Source: Acidimicrobiales bacterium
GTDB lineage: Bacteria; Actinomycetota; Acidimicrobiia; Acidimicrobiales; Salinilacustritrichaceae
Direction: 5' to 3'
DNA: 42,066 nucleotides
Assembly (NCBI GenBank): GCA_028822535.1
Contig: JAPKDO010000001.1
Location: forward strand, 1-42,066
Shown here: piece by piece, positions 16,577 through 25,691 of the stretch
Layout: each line of letters opens with the position of its first letter
How positions within the stretch are numbered: the first letter of the stretch is position 1
Notes under the pieces: generated by a model
What the model was told of the DNA's origin: nothing
Databases searched by the model: none
The model's input: only the letters and a program-made list of their open reading frames with translations
Program-made: the position numbers and the translations under genes

Positions 16577-17111
16577 GCGACGGGCCGAACATCGTGCGGC
16601 GGTAGTAGCGGAGTTCGTCGATCGATTCGCGGATGTCGTCGAGGGCTCGGTGGGATCCGGCTTTTCCCGGCGCCGCCTTCATCAGGTCGGGCGCCCAGCG
16701 GCGGCCGAGCTCCTTGAGGGTCGACACGTCGATGCTGCGGTAATGCAGGTACCCCTCGATCTCGGGCAGGTAGCGAGCGAGGAATCGCCGATCGGTGCCG
16801 ATCGAGTTGCCGCACAGGGGTACCGACCCCTCGTGTGGAATGTGTTCCTGCAAGAACGCGAGCGTCTGGGCGCCGGCGTCGGCGAGCGAGACCGGAGACG
16901 CCCGGATCTTGTCGAGCAGGCCCGAGTCGGTGTGCATCCCCACCACGAAGTCGTCCATCTCGGCCAACTGCATCTCGGTCGCGTGGACGATGAGCTCGGG
17001 TCCCTCGGCGATGATCTCGAGCTCGTCGTCGGTGATGATCGTGGCGATCTCGACGATGACGTGCCGCTCCGGTTCGAGTCCGGTCATCTCGAGGTCCATC
17101 CATGCGAGCAT
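16539..17111 (-). CDS. orn: Oligoribonuclease
   Basis: WMDLEMTGL, MHTDSGL, PLCGNSIGTDRRFL, HYRSIDVSTLKEL, HRALDDIRESI. Confidence 0.97.
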   Translation of the reverse strand: MLAWMDLEMTGLEPERHVIVEIATIITDDELEIIAEGPELIVHATEMQLAEMDDFVVGMHTDSGLLDKIRASPVSLADAGAQTLAFLQEHIPHEGSVPLCGNSIGTDRRFLARYLPEIEGYLHYRSIDVSTLKELGRRWAPDLMKAAPGKAGSHRALDDIRESIDELRYYRRTMFGPSLNGESTTDAPAS

Positions 17112-17136
17112 CGGCGGCGACCGTACCCTGTCGGCC

Positions 17137-17592
17137 GTGACCGCGACCCCGAACGGCGTACGGATCCCGATCCGCCTCCTCGATCCCGATCTCCCGATGC
17201 CGGCGTACGCGCACCGAGGCGACGCCGGCGTCGATCTCTTCGCACGGGAATCGGTCGTGATCCCGGCGGGTTCCGGACGTGTGCTCGTTTCCACCGGAGT
17301 CGCCATCGCCCTCCCGAACGGCTGGGCCGGCTTCGTCCAGCCCCGCTCCGGCCTCGCCCTGAACCACGGGGTGACCGTGCTCAACAGCCCTGGCCTGATC
17401 GACTCCGGGTACCGCGACGAACTGAAGGTGATCCTCGTGAACACGGACGCAGAGACCGACTACCAGGTGGTGCGCGGCGACCGCATCGCCCAACTCGTCG
17501 TACGACCGGTGGCGGAGGCGAGCTTCGACCGGGTCGACGAGCTCCCAGCAAGCGAACGCGACCTCGGTGGTTTCGGATCGAGCGGAAAGTAG
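17137..17592 (+). CDS. dut: dUTP diphosphatase
   Basis: GDAGVDL, PRSGLA, NSPGLIDSGYRDE, GDRIAQL, RDLGGFGSSG. Confidence 0.97.
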   Translation: MTATPNGVRIPIRLLDPDLPMPAYAHRGDAGVDLFARESVVIPAGSGRVLVSTGVAIALPNGWAGFVQPRSGLALNHGVTVLNSPGLIDSGYRDELKVILVNTDAETDYQVVRGDRIAQLVVRPVAEASFDRVDELPASERDLGGFGSSGK

Positions 17593-17596
17593 GACC

Positions 17597-18085
17597 ATGA
17601 CGATCACCCGACTCACCAACGAGCAGTGGGGATTCACCTCGAACTGTTTCGTGTGCGAGCCCGAGAACGGCCGAGGTCTGCGAGTGCCGTTCTTCCACGA
17701 CGACGAACGCGACGTCGTGTCCGCGACGTTCGAACTGTCGGACGCGTTCTCGGGGGCCCCGAGCTACCTGCACGGCGGCGTGAGCCTGGCGGTGCTCGAC
17801 GAGGTACAGGCGTGGGCGACGATCGCCGTGGCCGGCAAGTTCGCGGTGACGACGAAGACGTCAGCCGAGTTCCTCAAACCCGTCCGCGTCGGCAAGGAAT
17901 ACACGCTCGAGGGCGCGGTGACGTCGACCGACGGCGACACGATCTCGACGGTGGGTCGGATCCTCGACCATCGAGGCGACGAGCGGGTGCGGAGCGAGTC
18001 GACGTTCCTCGTGCTGTCGCCGGCCGTCGCCGCCGATGCGATCGGCGAGGTCACGGGCGACGATCGCTCGTACCTCCGCGACTGA
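17597..18085 (+). CDS. PaaI-family thioesterase
   Basis: NCFVC...N..GL, LHGGVSLAVLDE, FLKPV. Confidence 0.88.
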   Translation: MTITRLTNEQWGFTSNCFVCEPENGRGLRVPFFHDDERDVVSATFELSDAFSGAPSYLHGGVSLAVLDEVQAWATIAVAGKFAVTTKTSAEFLKPVRVGKEYTLEGAVTSTDGDTISTVGRILDHRGDERVRSESTFLVLSPAVAADAIGEVTGDDRSYLRD

Positions 18086-18095
18086 CCGTCGCGGC

Positions 18096-18476
18096 TCAGT
18101 CGAGGTCGTCGTCGACGGCGACCTTCGTGAAGCTGATCCGTCGGCCCTCGTCGCTGACGTCGACCGCGCCGACCGTCGCCTCGATCAACTGACCCGACAG
18201 CTTCTCGCCGGCGCCGTCGTTGCGGCCGGCCGGCCCGTCGGAGACCACCTCGATGCCCATGCGGCCCCGCTCGATCGTGAACGAGACGGTCAACGTCCCG
18301 TCGCGATCGGCGCCGTCGAGGAGCACCTGGCACACCTCGCCGATCGCGAGCCGCAGATCCTCGACCTCGTCGTAGCTGAAGCCCGAGCGGGTGGCGAGAC
18401 CGGCGACCGCCACGCGCGGGAGGCGTGCGTAGGCGAGCACCGCAGGGATCGTCATGCGGATGACGTCGCTGCTCAC
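18096..18476 (-). CDS. Anti-sigma factor RsbW-like (HATPase-type) protein
   Basis: TIPA...Y....R....GLA...GFSYDEVEDLRLAIGEVC. The ATP-lid region looks degenerate. Confidence 0.78.
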   Translation of the reverse strand: MSSDVIRMTIPAVLAYARLPRVAVAGLATRSGFSYDEVEDLRLAIGEVCQVLLDGADRDGTLTVSFTIERGRMGIEVVSDGPAGRNDGAGEKLSGQLIEATVGAVDVSDEGRRISFTKVAVDDDLD

Positions 18477-18512
18477 CGTGCTCCCCTCGTCTCGTTCGCT
18501 ACGGGTCCGACA

Positions 18513-19466
18513 TTACGGCGTCGCGGTCACGTCGCCCGGATCGACGTCGGTTCGGCGGCCGGCATACGTCGGATGACGGAGCCGTCCGTCGCCCGTCCAC
18601 TCCGCGTAGGCGACCTCGACGACGACCTCGGGCCGGACCCAGGTGACGGCGCGGCGTTGATCGACCGGAGGCTCCGGGTCGAACGGGCACTCGTCCGCGG
18701 CGACGAACAGGTCATGGAGCGCGTCGATCTCGCGGTCGCCGAGCCCGCTGCCGACGCGACCGGCGAAGCGGAGCGGCCCGCCGGGGACGTCGTGATACCC
18801 GACCAGCAGTCCGCCGATGCGCCCCGCGCGACCTCCCTCGCCAGCGCCCCAGCCGCCGACGACGAACTCCTGGCGCCGTCGCACCTTGACCTTGACCCAC
18901 TCGCGTGTGCGGCCTCCGGGGACATAGCGCGAATCGGTGCGCTTCGCGACCACGCCCTCGAGTCCGCGATCGGTGACGGCATCGAGCAGCGCCGGGCCGT
19001 CGTCGTGCCAGGCCGGGACCTGCCAGTGCGGGCCGGCGTCGACCAGGTCCTCGAGAAGACGGCGCCGATCGGCGAGCGGAAGTCCCGTCACGTCGTTGCC
19101 GTCGAGGGCGAGCAGATCGAACAGACACAGCACGGTGGGCACGGCGGCGGCTCGCTCCGCCGCGTGACGGGGGTTGCTCACGTGCATGCGCTGTTGGAGT
19201 CGGCCGAAGTCGGGCCGCCCGGCGTCGTCGAACGCGACCACCTCGCCGTCGAGCACGGCATCGACGCCGAGCGCGGCCCCGAGACCCGCGAGCTCCGGGA
19301 ACGAGACCGTGGCGTCCTTCCCGTTCGCCGACGTGAGACGAGTCGAGCCATCGCCCACCGTGACGACGAGGCGCATGCCGTCCCACTTGATCTCGTAGCG
19401 CCAGTCGTCGCCGACCGGCATCGGTCCCGCGGTCGCCTTCATCGGCAACCTGGCGGCCGCGTTCAC
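18513..19466 (-). CDS. ligD: ATP-dependent DNA ligase (stand-alone LigD ligase domain)
   Basis: YEIKWDG, LDGEVV, FDLL, EGVVAKR..SRY.PG.R...WVKVK, GRVGSG, WVRPEVVVEV, LRHP. Confidence 0.9.
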   Translation of the reverse strand: MNAAARLPMKATAGPMPVGDDWRYEIKWDGMRLVVTVGDGSTRLTSANGKDATVSFPELAGLGAALGVDAVLDGEVVAFDDAGRPDFGRLQQRMHVSNPRHAAERAAAVPTVLCLFDLLALDGNDVTGLPLADRRRLLEDLVDAGPHWQVPAWHDDGPALLDAVTDRGLEGVVAKRTDSRYVPGGRTREWVKVKVRRRQEFVVGGWGAGEGGRAGRIGGLLVGYHDVPGGPLRFAGRVGSGLGDREIDALHDLFVAADECPFDPEPPVDQRRAVTWVRPEVVVEVAYAEWTGDGRLRHPTYAGRRTDVDPGDVTATP

Positions 19467-19542
19467 GAGGCGGCCGGAACACGAGCGCGTGCCCCGGTGT
19501 GATCGGCCCCCGAGTCCATGGCCGGACTCTAGGTTTCTCGCC

Positions 19543-20370
19543 ATGACGTCACTCACAGGACACGCGGCACTCATCACCGGCGGCGGCAGCGGCATCGGTC
19601 TGGCCTGCGCCGAGGCGCTCGTACGAGATGGCGCTTCCGTCACGATCGCCGGCCGCACCGAGGATCGCCTGCTCGGCGCGGTGGAACAGCTGAAGGTGAT
19701 CGCCGGCGACGACGTCGACGTCCGTCATGCCGTGTGCGACGTGAAATCGGAGGACGACGTCGCCGCCGCGGTGGCCACCGCCACCGAGGCCACCGGTGCG
19801 CTCCAGTACTGCGTCGCCGCCGCCGGCAACGGCACGCTCGCCCCGGTCGTCGCCATGCCGGCCGAGCAGTGGGACGACATCATCGGCATCAACCTGACCG
19901 GCGCGTTCTTCACGCTGAAGCACTCGGCGGCCGCCATGGTGAAGGCGGGCGGTGGCAGCTTCGTCGGGATCTCGTCGATCGCTGCGCCGCTGACGCACCG
20001 CTTCATGTCCGTGTACTGCGTGTCGAAGGCGGGGCTCGAGGCGCTCATCAAGACCGCTGCCGACGAACTCGGCCAGGCCGGCGTGCGGGTCAACGCCGTG
20101 CGCCCGGGCATGGTCCCCACCGAGTTGGCGGCGGCATTGGACGCCGACCCTCAGGTGCGCGACGACTATCTGGCCCAGATGCCGCTCGGGCGCGTCGGCG
20201 AGACCGTCGACGTCGCCAACCTCGTGCGCTTCCTGCTCGGCCCCGAGTCGTCGTGGATCACGGGCGAGGCCATCGGCGTCGACGGCGGCCACCACCTGCG
20301 TCGCGGCCCCGACGTCGAACACTGGAGCCGCGGCCTCTTCGGCGACGACGCCACCGAGGGTCGCGTCTGA
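19543..20370 (+). CDS. SDR family oxidoreductase
   Basis: TGGGSGIG, SS, YCVSK, RVNAVRPG, WITG..I.VDGG. Confidence 0.95.
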   Translation: MTSLTGHAALITGGGSGIGLACAEALVRDGASVTIAGRTEDRLLGAVEQLKVIAGDDVDVRHAVCDVKSEDDVAAAVATATEATGALQYCVAAAGNGTLAPVVAMPAEQWDDIIGINLTGAFFTLKHSAAAMVKAGGGSFVGISSIAAPLTHRFMSVYCVSKAGLEALIKTAADELGQAGVRVNAVRPGMVPTELAAALDADPQVRDDYLAQMPLGRVGETVDVANLVRFLLGPESSWITGEAIGVDGGHHLRRGPDVEHWSRGLFGDDATEGRV

Positions 20371-20414
20371 GGGCGTCACCCGCTCGTGGGGGTCGGGCAA
20401 AGAGCAACAGAAAA

Positions 20415-20456
20415 CCTGAGTGAAGTGTTGTCAACTTCTCTGGGTCGGGGTAGAAC
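20415..20456 (+). promoter_or_regulatory. HAIR-like (HspR) operator overlapping the hsp20 promoter
   Basis: CCTGAGT-N7-TGTCAAC (consensus CTTGAGT-N7-ACTCAAG) overlaps -35 TTGTCA; 17-bp spacer, then TAGAAC. Confidence 0.6.
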
Positions 20457-20506
20457 AAGTGCTGGAGATCATTCCAGCTCACCCATCCCCTTCGAGGAGG
20501 AACACC

Positions 20507-20929
20507 ATGCTGTTGCGTTTCGATCCCTTCCGAGACTTCGACCGAGTGACCGAGGAGGTCGCCGAACGTCAGCGTCGAGCGTCCGCGCCGACGATGCGGA
20601 TGGACGCCTTCCGATCCGGCGACGAGGTGACCGTGCACTTCGACCTCCCCGGCGTCGACCGCGACACCATCGACATCACCGTCGAGAAGAACCAGTTGGT
20701 CGTCACCGCAGAACGTCGCTGGAACCTCGACGACGACGCCCAGGTCGTCGCCTCCGAGCGAGCCCACGGGACCTTCTCCCGCACGCTGTTCCTCGGCGAG
20801 AATCTCGACACCGAGCGCATCGACGCCGACTATGCCGACGGCGTACTGACGCTCACCGTCCCGGTGGCCGAGACGGCCAAGCCGAGGAAGATCACCGTCG
20901 GGACCGGCCAGGCCGCGCTGGCGTCCTGA
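20507..20929 (+). CDS. Hsp20/alpha-crystallin small heat-shock protein (Hsp18-like)
   Basis: MLLRFDPFRDFDR, MDAFR, FDLPGV, ER..G.FSR.LFLGE.LD, YADGVLTLTVPVAETAKPRKI. GAGGAGG RBS. Confidence 0.96.
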   Translation: MLLRFDPFRDFDRVTEEVAERQRRASAPTMRMDAFRSGDEVTVHFDLPGVDRDTIDITVEKNQLVVTAERRWNLDDDAQVVASERAHGTFSRTLFLGENLDTERIDADYADGVLTLTVPVAETAKPRKITVGTGQAALAS

Positions 20930-20959
20930 CCCCATCGCGGCAGCAGCGATCCGCCGGGG

Positions 20960-21850
20960 TCATCCCTTCCGGATGGCCTCGGCGACGCTGCTGACGTAGT
21001 CGACGTGGGCGTCGGTCGAATCGAGGCCGAGGCCCATCGTGACCACGGACGCCCGGGTGCCACCGGCATCGGCCCACGCCCGCATCTTGGCGGCGACGTC
21101 GTCGGGGCCCTTCTTCGAGAGCAACATCGACTCCGCGCCGATCTCGTCCGGGCCGTGGCCGACCGAACGGTCGTGTTCCTCGGCCAGGGTTCGGAGACGC
21201 TCGAGCCCATCCACCACGGTCCGCAGCGGGCCACCGAAGAGGAAGCCGTCGCCGGCGCGCGCGCACCGCCTGAACGCCGCGTCGCCGAAGCCGCCGATCC
21301 AGATCTCGGGAGCGGCCGCCGGCCGGGGCGGTGTGCCCGCACGGGGGATCGTGTCGAAGCGGCCGTCGAGGTCGACCGTCTTGTCGGACCACAGCGCTCG
21401 GAGCGTCTCGATCTGTTCGTCGAGTCGCTTGCCCCGCGTGTGGAAGTCCTGACCCAGCGCTTCGTACTCGACCCAGTTCCAACCGACGCCGACCCCCATG
21501 CGGAACCGGCCCTCGGACAGGATGGCCACGTCGGCGGCCTGGCGGGCGACGAGCGCGGTCTGACGCTGGGGCAACACGAGCACCGCGCTGCAGAACTTCA
21601 GCCGTTCGGTGCGGCCGGCGAGGTAGCCGAAGAGCACGAACGGATCGTGGAACGGGTCGTCCTCGTCGTAGGAACCCCACAACTCGGGGTCGCGGCCGTC
21701 GTGCTCGACGCCGAGCACGTGGTCGTAGGCGTGCAGGTGGTCGAAGCCGAGGTCCTCGGCGGCGGCGCCGATGCGCCGGACGGCGTCGGCATCGCCCGCC
21801 CGTTCGATCTGGGGGAACACGACGCCGATCTCGAGGTCCGGATGCAACAT
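20960..21850 (-). CDS. LLM-class F420-dependent oxidoreductase
   Basis: GVVFPQ, AEDLGFDH..AYDHVLG, DPFVLFGYLA, VLVLPQRQT, GVGVGWN..EY, IWIGG. Confidence 0.92.
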   Translation of the reverse strand: MLHPDLEIGVVFPQIERAGDADAVRRIGAAAEDLGFDHLHAYDHVLGVEHDGRDPELWGSYDEDDPFHDPFVLFGYLAGRTERLKFCSAVLVLPQRQTALVARQAADVAILSEGRFRMGVGVGWNWVEYEALGQDFHTRGKRLDEQIETLRALWSDKTVDLDGRFDTIPRAGTPPRPAAAPEIWIGGFGDAAFRRCARAGDGFLFGGPLRTVVDGLERLRTLAEEHDRSVGHGPDEIGAESMLLSKKGPDDVAAKMRAWADAGGTRASVVTMGLGLDSTDAHVDYVSSVAEAIRKG

Positions 21851-21918
21851 GTCGCCATCCTGCCCGATACACGAGATCCGGATACTCGATTGCCGCCGTC
21901 CCACCTCTCGCTGCGAAC

Positions 21919-22851
21919 ATGGCGGCCGTGGGGCACACGGGGCCATTCGCCGAACCGGACCGGACCAGGTTCATCGACGTCAACCGCACGCGTCTGCGCG
22001 CCTGGTGCTGGGGCGACCCCACCGCCCCGCCGGTCCTGTTGTTGCACGGCGCCCACGACCATGGCCGTATGTGGGACGACTTCGCCCCGCGGTTCGCTGC
22101 ACTGGGGTTCCACGCCGTCGCCGTCGACTTCCGTGGTCATGGCGACAGCGGCCGGATCGCCTCGGGGATGATGTGGACGGCAGCGACGCTCGACGTGTGC
22201 GAGCTCGCTCGTCTTCTCGCTGACGAAGCCGGGACGCCGGGCGAGCCCATCGGCGTCATCGGTCATTCGATGGGCGGCGGCCAGGCGCTCAGCGCCGCCG
22301 GCACCGCGCCCGACCGGTTCGCCTGGCTGGTGAACCTCGACGGCCTGGGCCCGCCGGCGGAGGCGTTCCCGGACTTCGAGCCGGTGGAGGGGACGACCGC
22401 CGCGCTCGACCAGATCGCAAAGGCGCTCGGCCGGCCCGTGCGCGTGTGGGCGTCGCAGGACGAGATGGCGACCCGGCGCGGCAGCATCAACATCCGCCTG
22501 CCCCGTCGGTTCCTCGATCACCTCGTCGAGCACGGGAGTGTCGAGACCGAGGGTGGCTTCGTCTGGAAGACGGACCCGGTGTTCAACCTCGGTGTCCCCG
22601 ACGGGTTCTCCATCGACATGATCCTCGCCGGCTACGAAGACGTCGCAGTGCCGGTCCTGGCCTTGATGTCGTCGGAGGACGACGCCTGGACCGAGGTCTC
22701 CGATGACGAGGTCGAGCGTCGCGTCGCGGCCCTCCCGGATGCGCGGTGGCGCTCGGTGCCGAACGCCGGCCACTACGTCCATGTCGAGAACCCGGACTTC
22801 GTCCTGGCCGAGATCGAGGCGTTCCTCCGGGCGCAGCAGGTCCTGTCGTGA
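21919..22851 (+). CDS. Alpha/beta fold hydrolase
   Basis: LLHG, VDFRGHGDS, GHSMGG nucleophile elbow, AGHYVH. Confidence 0.93.
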   Translation: MAAVGHTGPFAEPDRTRFIDVNRTRLRAWCWGDPTAPPVLLLHGAHDHGRMWDDFAPRFAALGFHAVAVDFRGHGDSGRIASGMMWTAATLDVCELARLLADEAGTPGEPIGVIGHSMGGGQALSAAGTAPDRFAWLVNLDGLGPPAEAFPDFEPVEGTTAALDQIAKALGRPVRVWASQDEMATRRGSINIRLPRRFLDHLVEHGSVETEGGFVWKTDPVFNLGVPDGFSIDMILAGYEDVAVPVLALMSSEDDAWTEVSDDEVERRVAALPDARWRSVPNAGHYVHVENPDFVLAEIEAFLRAQQVLS

Positions 22852-23513
22852 CCGATACATCGGCGACGGGCTTGCTCGTGATCCACGACCTCGGGTCGGA
22901 TGGCGGTGGCCCGTGGGCGCACGCGTTCTCCTCGTGGGGCGGCGCCATCGTGGCTCCCGATCTGCCCGGCCACGGCAGCGCGCCCCCGCCGGTCGGGGGG
23001 CACCACGAGGCCGGGGACGCAGTGTTCGCCCTGATCGACCACCTCTCGCCGCCGCCGGGCACCGAACCCGTCGTCGTCGGCGTGGGCAAGAACGGTCTCG
23101 TTGCCCGCACCCTCGCACTCGGCGGCCGAGCCTCGGCGCTGGTGCTGGTGGACGGCCTGGGGGGACCCTGGCTCGATCTCGCCGACCGCAACGCCGCGGT
23201 GCGCGACGCGCGCCGGGCGATCCTCACGACGCCTGGGGCACTCGAGATACCGGCGCCGGGCACCCCGGACGCGCGGGCGCAACTCACGCCGACGTTCGGC
23301 GACCGAGCTCACACGGTGCGGATGCTGGCTGCGGTCCCCGTTCCCACGCTCGTCGTCGAGACGCCGTCGTCTGTGGTCGATGACGCGGACGCCGTGGCGT
23401 CGGTCATCGAGGACCACACCATCGTCCGAATCGATTCCGACGACCCCGAATCTGTCGCCGCCGAGGTCATCGAGTGGTGGGTCACCACCAGATCGACGGC
23501 GTCCCCGGGCTGA
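22848..23513 (+). CDS. Degenerate alpha/beta-hydrolase-fold protein lacking the catalytic Ser
   Basis: IHDLG, APDLPGHG, elbow reads GVGKNG, LVLVDGLG. GTGA overlap with the upstream hydrolase. Confidence 0.75.
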   Translation: MTDTSATGLLVIHDLGSDGGGPWAHAFSSWGGAIVAPDLPGHGSAPPPVGGHHEAGDAVFALIDHLSPPPGTEPVVVGVGKNGLVARTLALGGRASALVLVDGLGGPWLDLADRNAAVRDARRAILTTPGALEIPAPGTPDARAQLTPTFGDRAHTVRMLAAVPVPTLVVETPSSVVDDADAVASVIEDHTIVRIDSDDPESVAAEVIEWWVTTRSTASPG

Positions 23514-24147
23514 GCTCGGCGGGCGCATGCCGCGCCCGACCGGTGGCGATGCGCATGCCCGACCATGCGAGTGCCGCTGCGTCGATCATGTCGTCGGCGG
23601 CGACGTCGCCGGCGCGGCCGGCGTTCGCTTCGATCGCGAGGCCGTGCCGGTCGAGGAGTTCGAGCCGGGTGGCCATACCGGTCCACGTCCGCTTGGCGTG
23701 GCTGAGGAATCGGTCGCCGTTCATCGCCAGGAACGACAGCTCGGGGAACGCCTCGAACAACTCGTGTTGCTCGGTGGCCGCCAGCGCACGGACCTCGCGG
23801 ATCTTCGGCGCGAGCATCCATGCCTGTTTCGACAACCCGTGCCCGACATGCGCCTTCGACCAGGCGTTGGCAGCCGCGTAGTCGTCACAGTCGAGCGCGC
23901 CGCGCGCCGGCGGGGCGAACAACGACGAGCGCCGGGGGCCGAGCAGTGGACGGACCTCGGTGTCGCACGCCCGCGGTCCACGGGCTTCGAGACCGATCGG
24001 CATGTCGACGGCGACGACGTCGACGGGCCCGGCCGCCCGGCAGAGATCAGCCAGCGATTCCTCGAAGCACGGGGTCGGCGTGGTGCCGTCCCACCGCACG
24101 CCCACCCAGCCGCCCCGGGAACCGTCGACGCCGAGCACGGTCGTCAT
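23482..24147 (-). CDS. DUF429 domain protein (predicted RNase H-like nuclease)
   Basis: LGVDG..GGW, AVDMPIGL, R.CD, RRSSLF, GLSKQ, PKIREV, E.FPELSF, DDMIDA. Confidence 0.88.
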   Translation of the reverse strand: MTTVLGVDGSRGGWVGVRWDGTTPTPCFEESLADLCRAAGPVDVVAVDMPIGLEARGPRACDTEVRPLLGPRRSSLFAPPARGALDCDDYAAANAWSKAHVGHGLSKQAWMLAPKIREVRALAATEQHELFEAFPELSFLAMNGDRFLSHAKRTWTGMATRLELLDRHGLAIEANAGRAGDVAADDMIDAAALAWSGMRIATGRARHAPAELSPGTPSIWW

Positions 24148-24204
24148 CGGTGGGTGAGCGTATCGCTCGCTCCTGCTAGGACTTCTGCGGAACAAGGGGG
24201 ACAG

Positions 24205-25302
24205 ATGACCGACGTACACGACCAGATCGACGACGAGGCCGCAGCGCTGATGGCGTTCAAGGTCTGGAACTACAAGCAGGGCGAGCTCGTCTCGCTCCTC
24301 ATCCACCTGGGCGATCGGCTCGGGTTGTACGAGGCGATGGCCGGCGCCGGGCCGCTCACATCGGCCGAGCTCGCCGAGCGCTCCGGTGGGTTGTCGGAGC
24401 GATGGGTGCGCGAGTGGGTGTCGTCGCAGGCGGCTGCCGGGCTCGTCGACCACGTCGAGGTCGCCACCATCGACTCGGGCACCGATCGGTTCGAACTGTC
24501 GCCCGCCGGCGCTGCCGTGTTGGTCGACGACGGCTCGTCGCTGTTCGCGGCGGTCGGGGCGTTCGGCGGTCCGCTCGAGACAGACCTGGTGGACGACCTG
24601 GCGGACTGTTTCCGCACCGGCATCGGCCTGCCCTATGACCGCCTCGGCCCCAGCGGCGCACATCGCACCGAACGTCAGCTGGGCCCGTGGGCCCGGCTCG
24701 CGCTCGTCCCGGTGATCCTCCCGATGCTCGACGGCGTGGTCGACCGGTTGGAGACGGGAGGCTCCGTCGTCGACGTGGGGTGCGGGTCCGGCGTCGCGCT
24801 CGAGGCGATGGCGAACGCGTTCCCCGCGTCGACCTTCGTCGGCTACGACCCGTCGCGCCACGCGATCGAGCGGGCGACCGCGAAGCTCGCGCACCTCGAC
24901 AACGTGACGCTGGTCCACGGGCGGGCCGAGGACGTGCCGGCTGACGCGTCGTTCGATCTGGCGCTCACCTTCGACTGCCTGCACGACATGACCCGGCCCG
25001 ACGACGCGCTCGCCGCGATCCGTGGCGCGCTGCGCGACGACGGCGCGCTGTTGGTCAAGGAGATCCGTTGCGCCGACACGCTCGAGGACAACAAGAAGAA
25101 CCCGATGCTGGCGATGATGTTCGGCTTCTCGATCACCTCGTGCATGTCGTCGGCCACGAGCGAGCCGGGCGGGATGGGCCTCGGCACCGTGGGCCTCCCC
25201 GCATCCAAGCTGCGCGAGCTCGCAACCGACGCCGGGTTCTCGACCGTGGTCCCCCACGACCCCGGCGAACCCGCCAACGTCTACTACGAGGTCCGCCCGT
25301 GA
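24205..25302 (+). CDS. wHTH plus class I SAM methyltransferase (Rv2258c-like)
   Basis: LGDRLGLY, ERWVREW, VDVGCGSG, FDCLHDM, GLGT.G, NVYYEVRP. Confidence 0.92.
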   Translation: MTDVHDQIDDEAAALMAFKVWNYKQGELVSLLIHLGDRLGLYEAMAGAGPLTSAELAERSGGLSERWVREWVSSQAAAGLVDHVEVATIDSGTDRFELSPAGAAVLVDDGSSLFAAVGAFGGPLETDLVDDLADCFRTGIGLPYDRLGPSGAHRTERQLGPWARLALVPVILPMLDGVVDRLETGGSVVDVGCGSGVALEAMANAFPASTFVGYDPSRHAIERATAKLAHLDNVTLVHGRAEDVPADASFDLALTFDCLHDMTRPDDALAAIRGALRDDGALLVKEIRCADTLEDNKKNPMLAMMFGFSITSCMSSATSEPGGMGLGTVGLPASKLRELATDAGFSTVVPHDPGEPANVYYEVRP

Positions 25303-25304
25303 CC

Positions 25305-25373
25305 CCACCCCCACTGGTTCTTGTCACACCTGACGCCATCTCCTGGTTCGGACCTGTGACAAGAACGGGGTGG
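25305..25373. repeat. REP-like inverted repeat element
   Basis: GTTCTTGTCACA (25317-25328), a 26-nt spacer, TGTGACAAGAAC (25355-25366); outer CCACCCC/GGGGTGG arms. Confidence 0.7.
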
Positions 25374-25411
25374 TCGTGAGTCCGGTCGACGGCGGACCCG
25401 GCTAGAACTTC

Positions 25412-25688
25412 TGACGACTCGTCGACGACCTGCGCGCCATGGGCGAACTCGGCAACACGAGGCGCTTCGTGACCTCCGACAACGGCGCGTCGCGTGAGGG
25501 TGGGGGCGAGTTCGGGGGGACGATCGGTCGTGTGGATCGAGGAGGAGCCGATCTACACCGGTCACAACGACGGCCGGGGCCGGTTCTCCGAGACGCCACC
25601 ACACGCCGTCGTTGCCGGCGAACCGGCCTCAGACTCGCCCATCCGGCTGCTCGACGTCCTCCAACAGATGGGCGCCGAGTACGAGTGA
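25412..25688 (+). pseudogene. Collapsed remnant of an arylsulfatase gene
   Basis: One frame gives RLVDDLRAMGELGNT..FVTSDNGASREGG (sulfatase SDNG motif). Another frame gives a C-terminus-like GEPASDSPIRLLDVLQQMGAEYE*. Everything else is missing. Confidence 0.6.
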
Positions 25689-25691
25689 GCT

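Noticed and set aside
18513-19466. Ligase domain without adjacent Ku or polymerase domain
   Set aside because: Split NHEJ components are common in actinobacteria; partners may lie outside the window.
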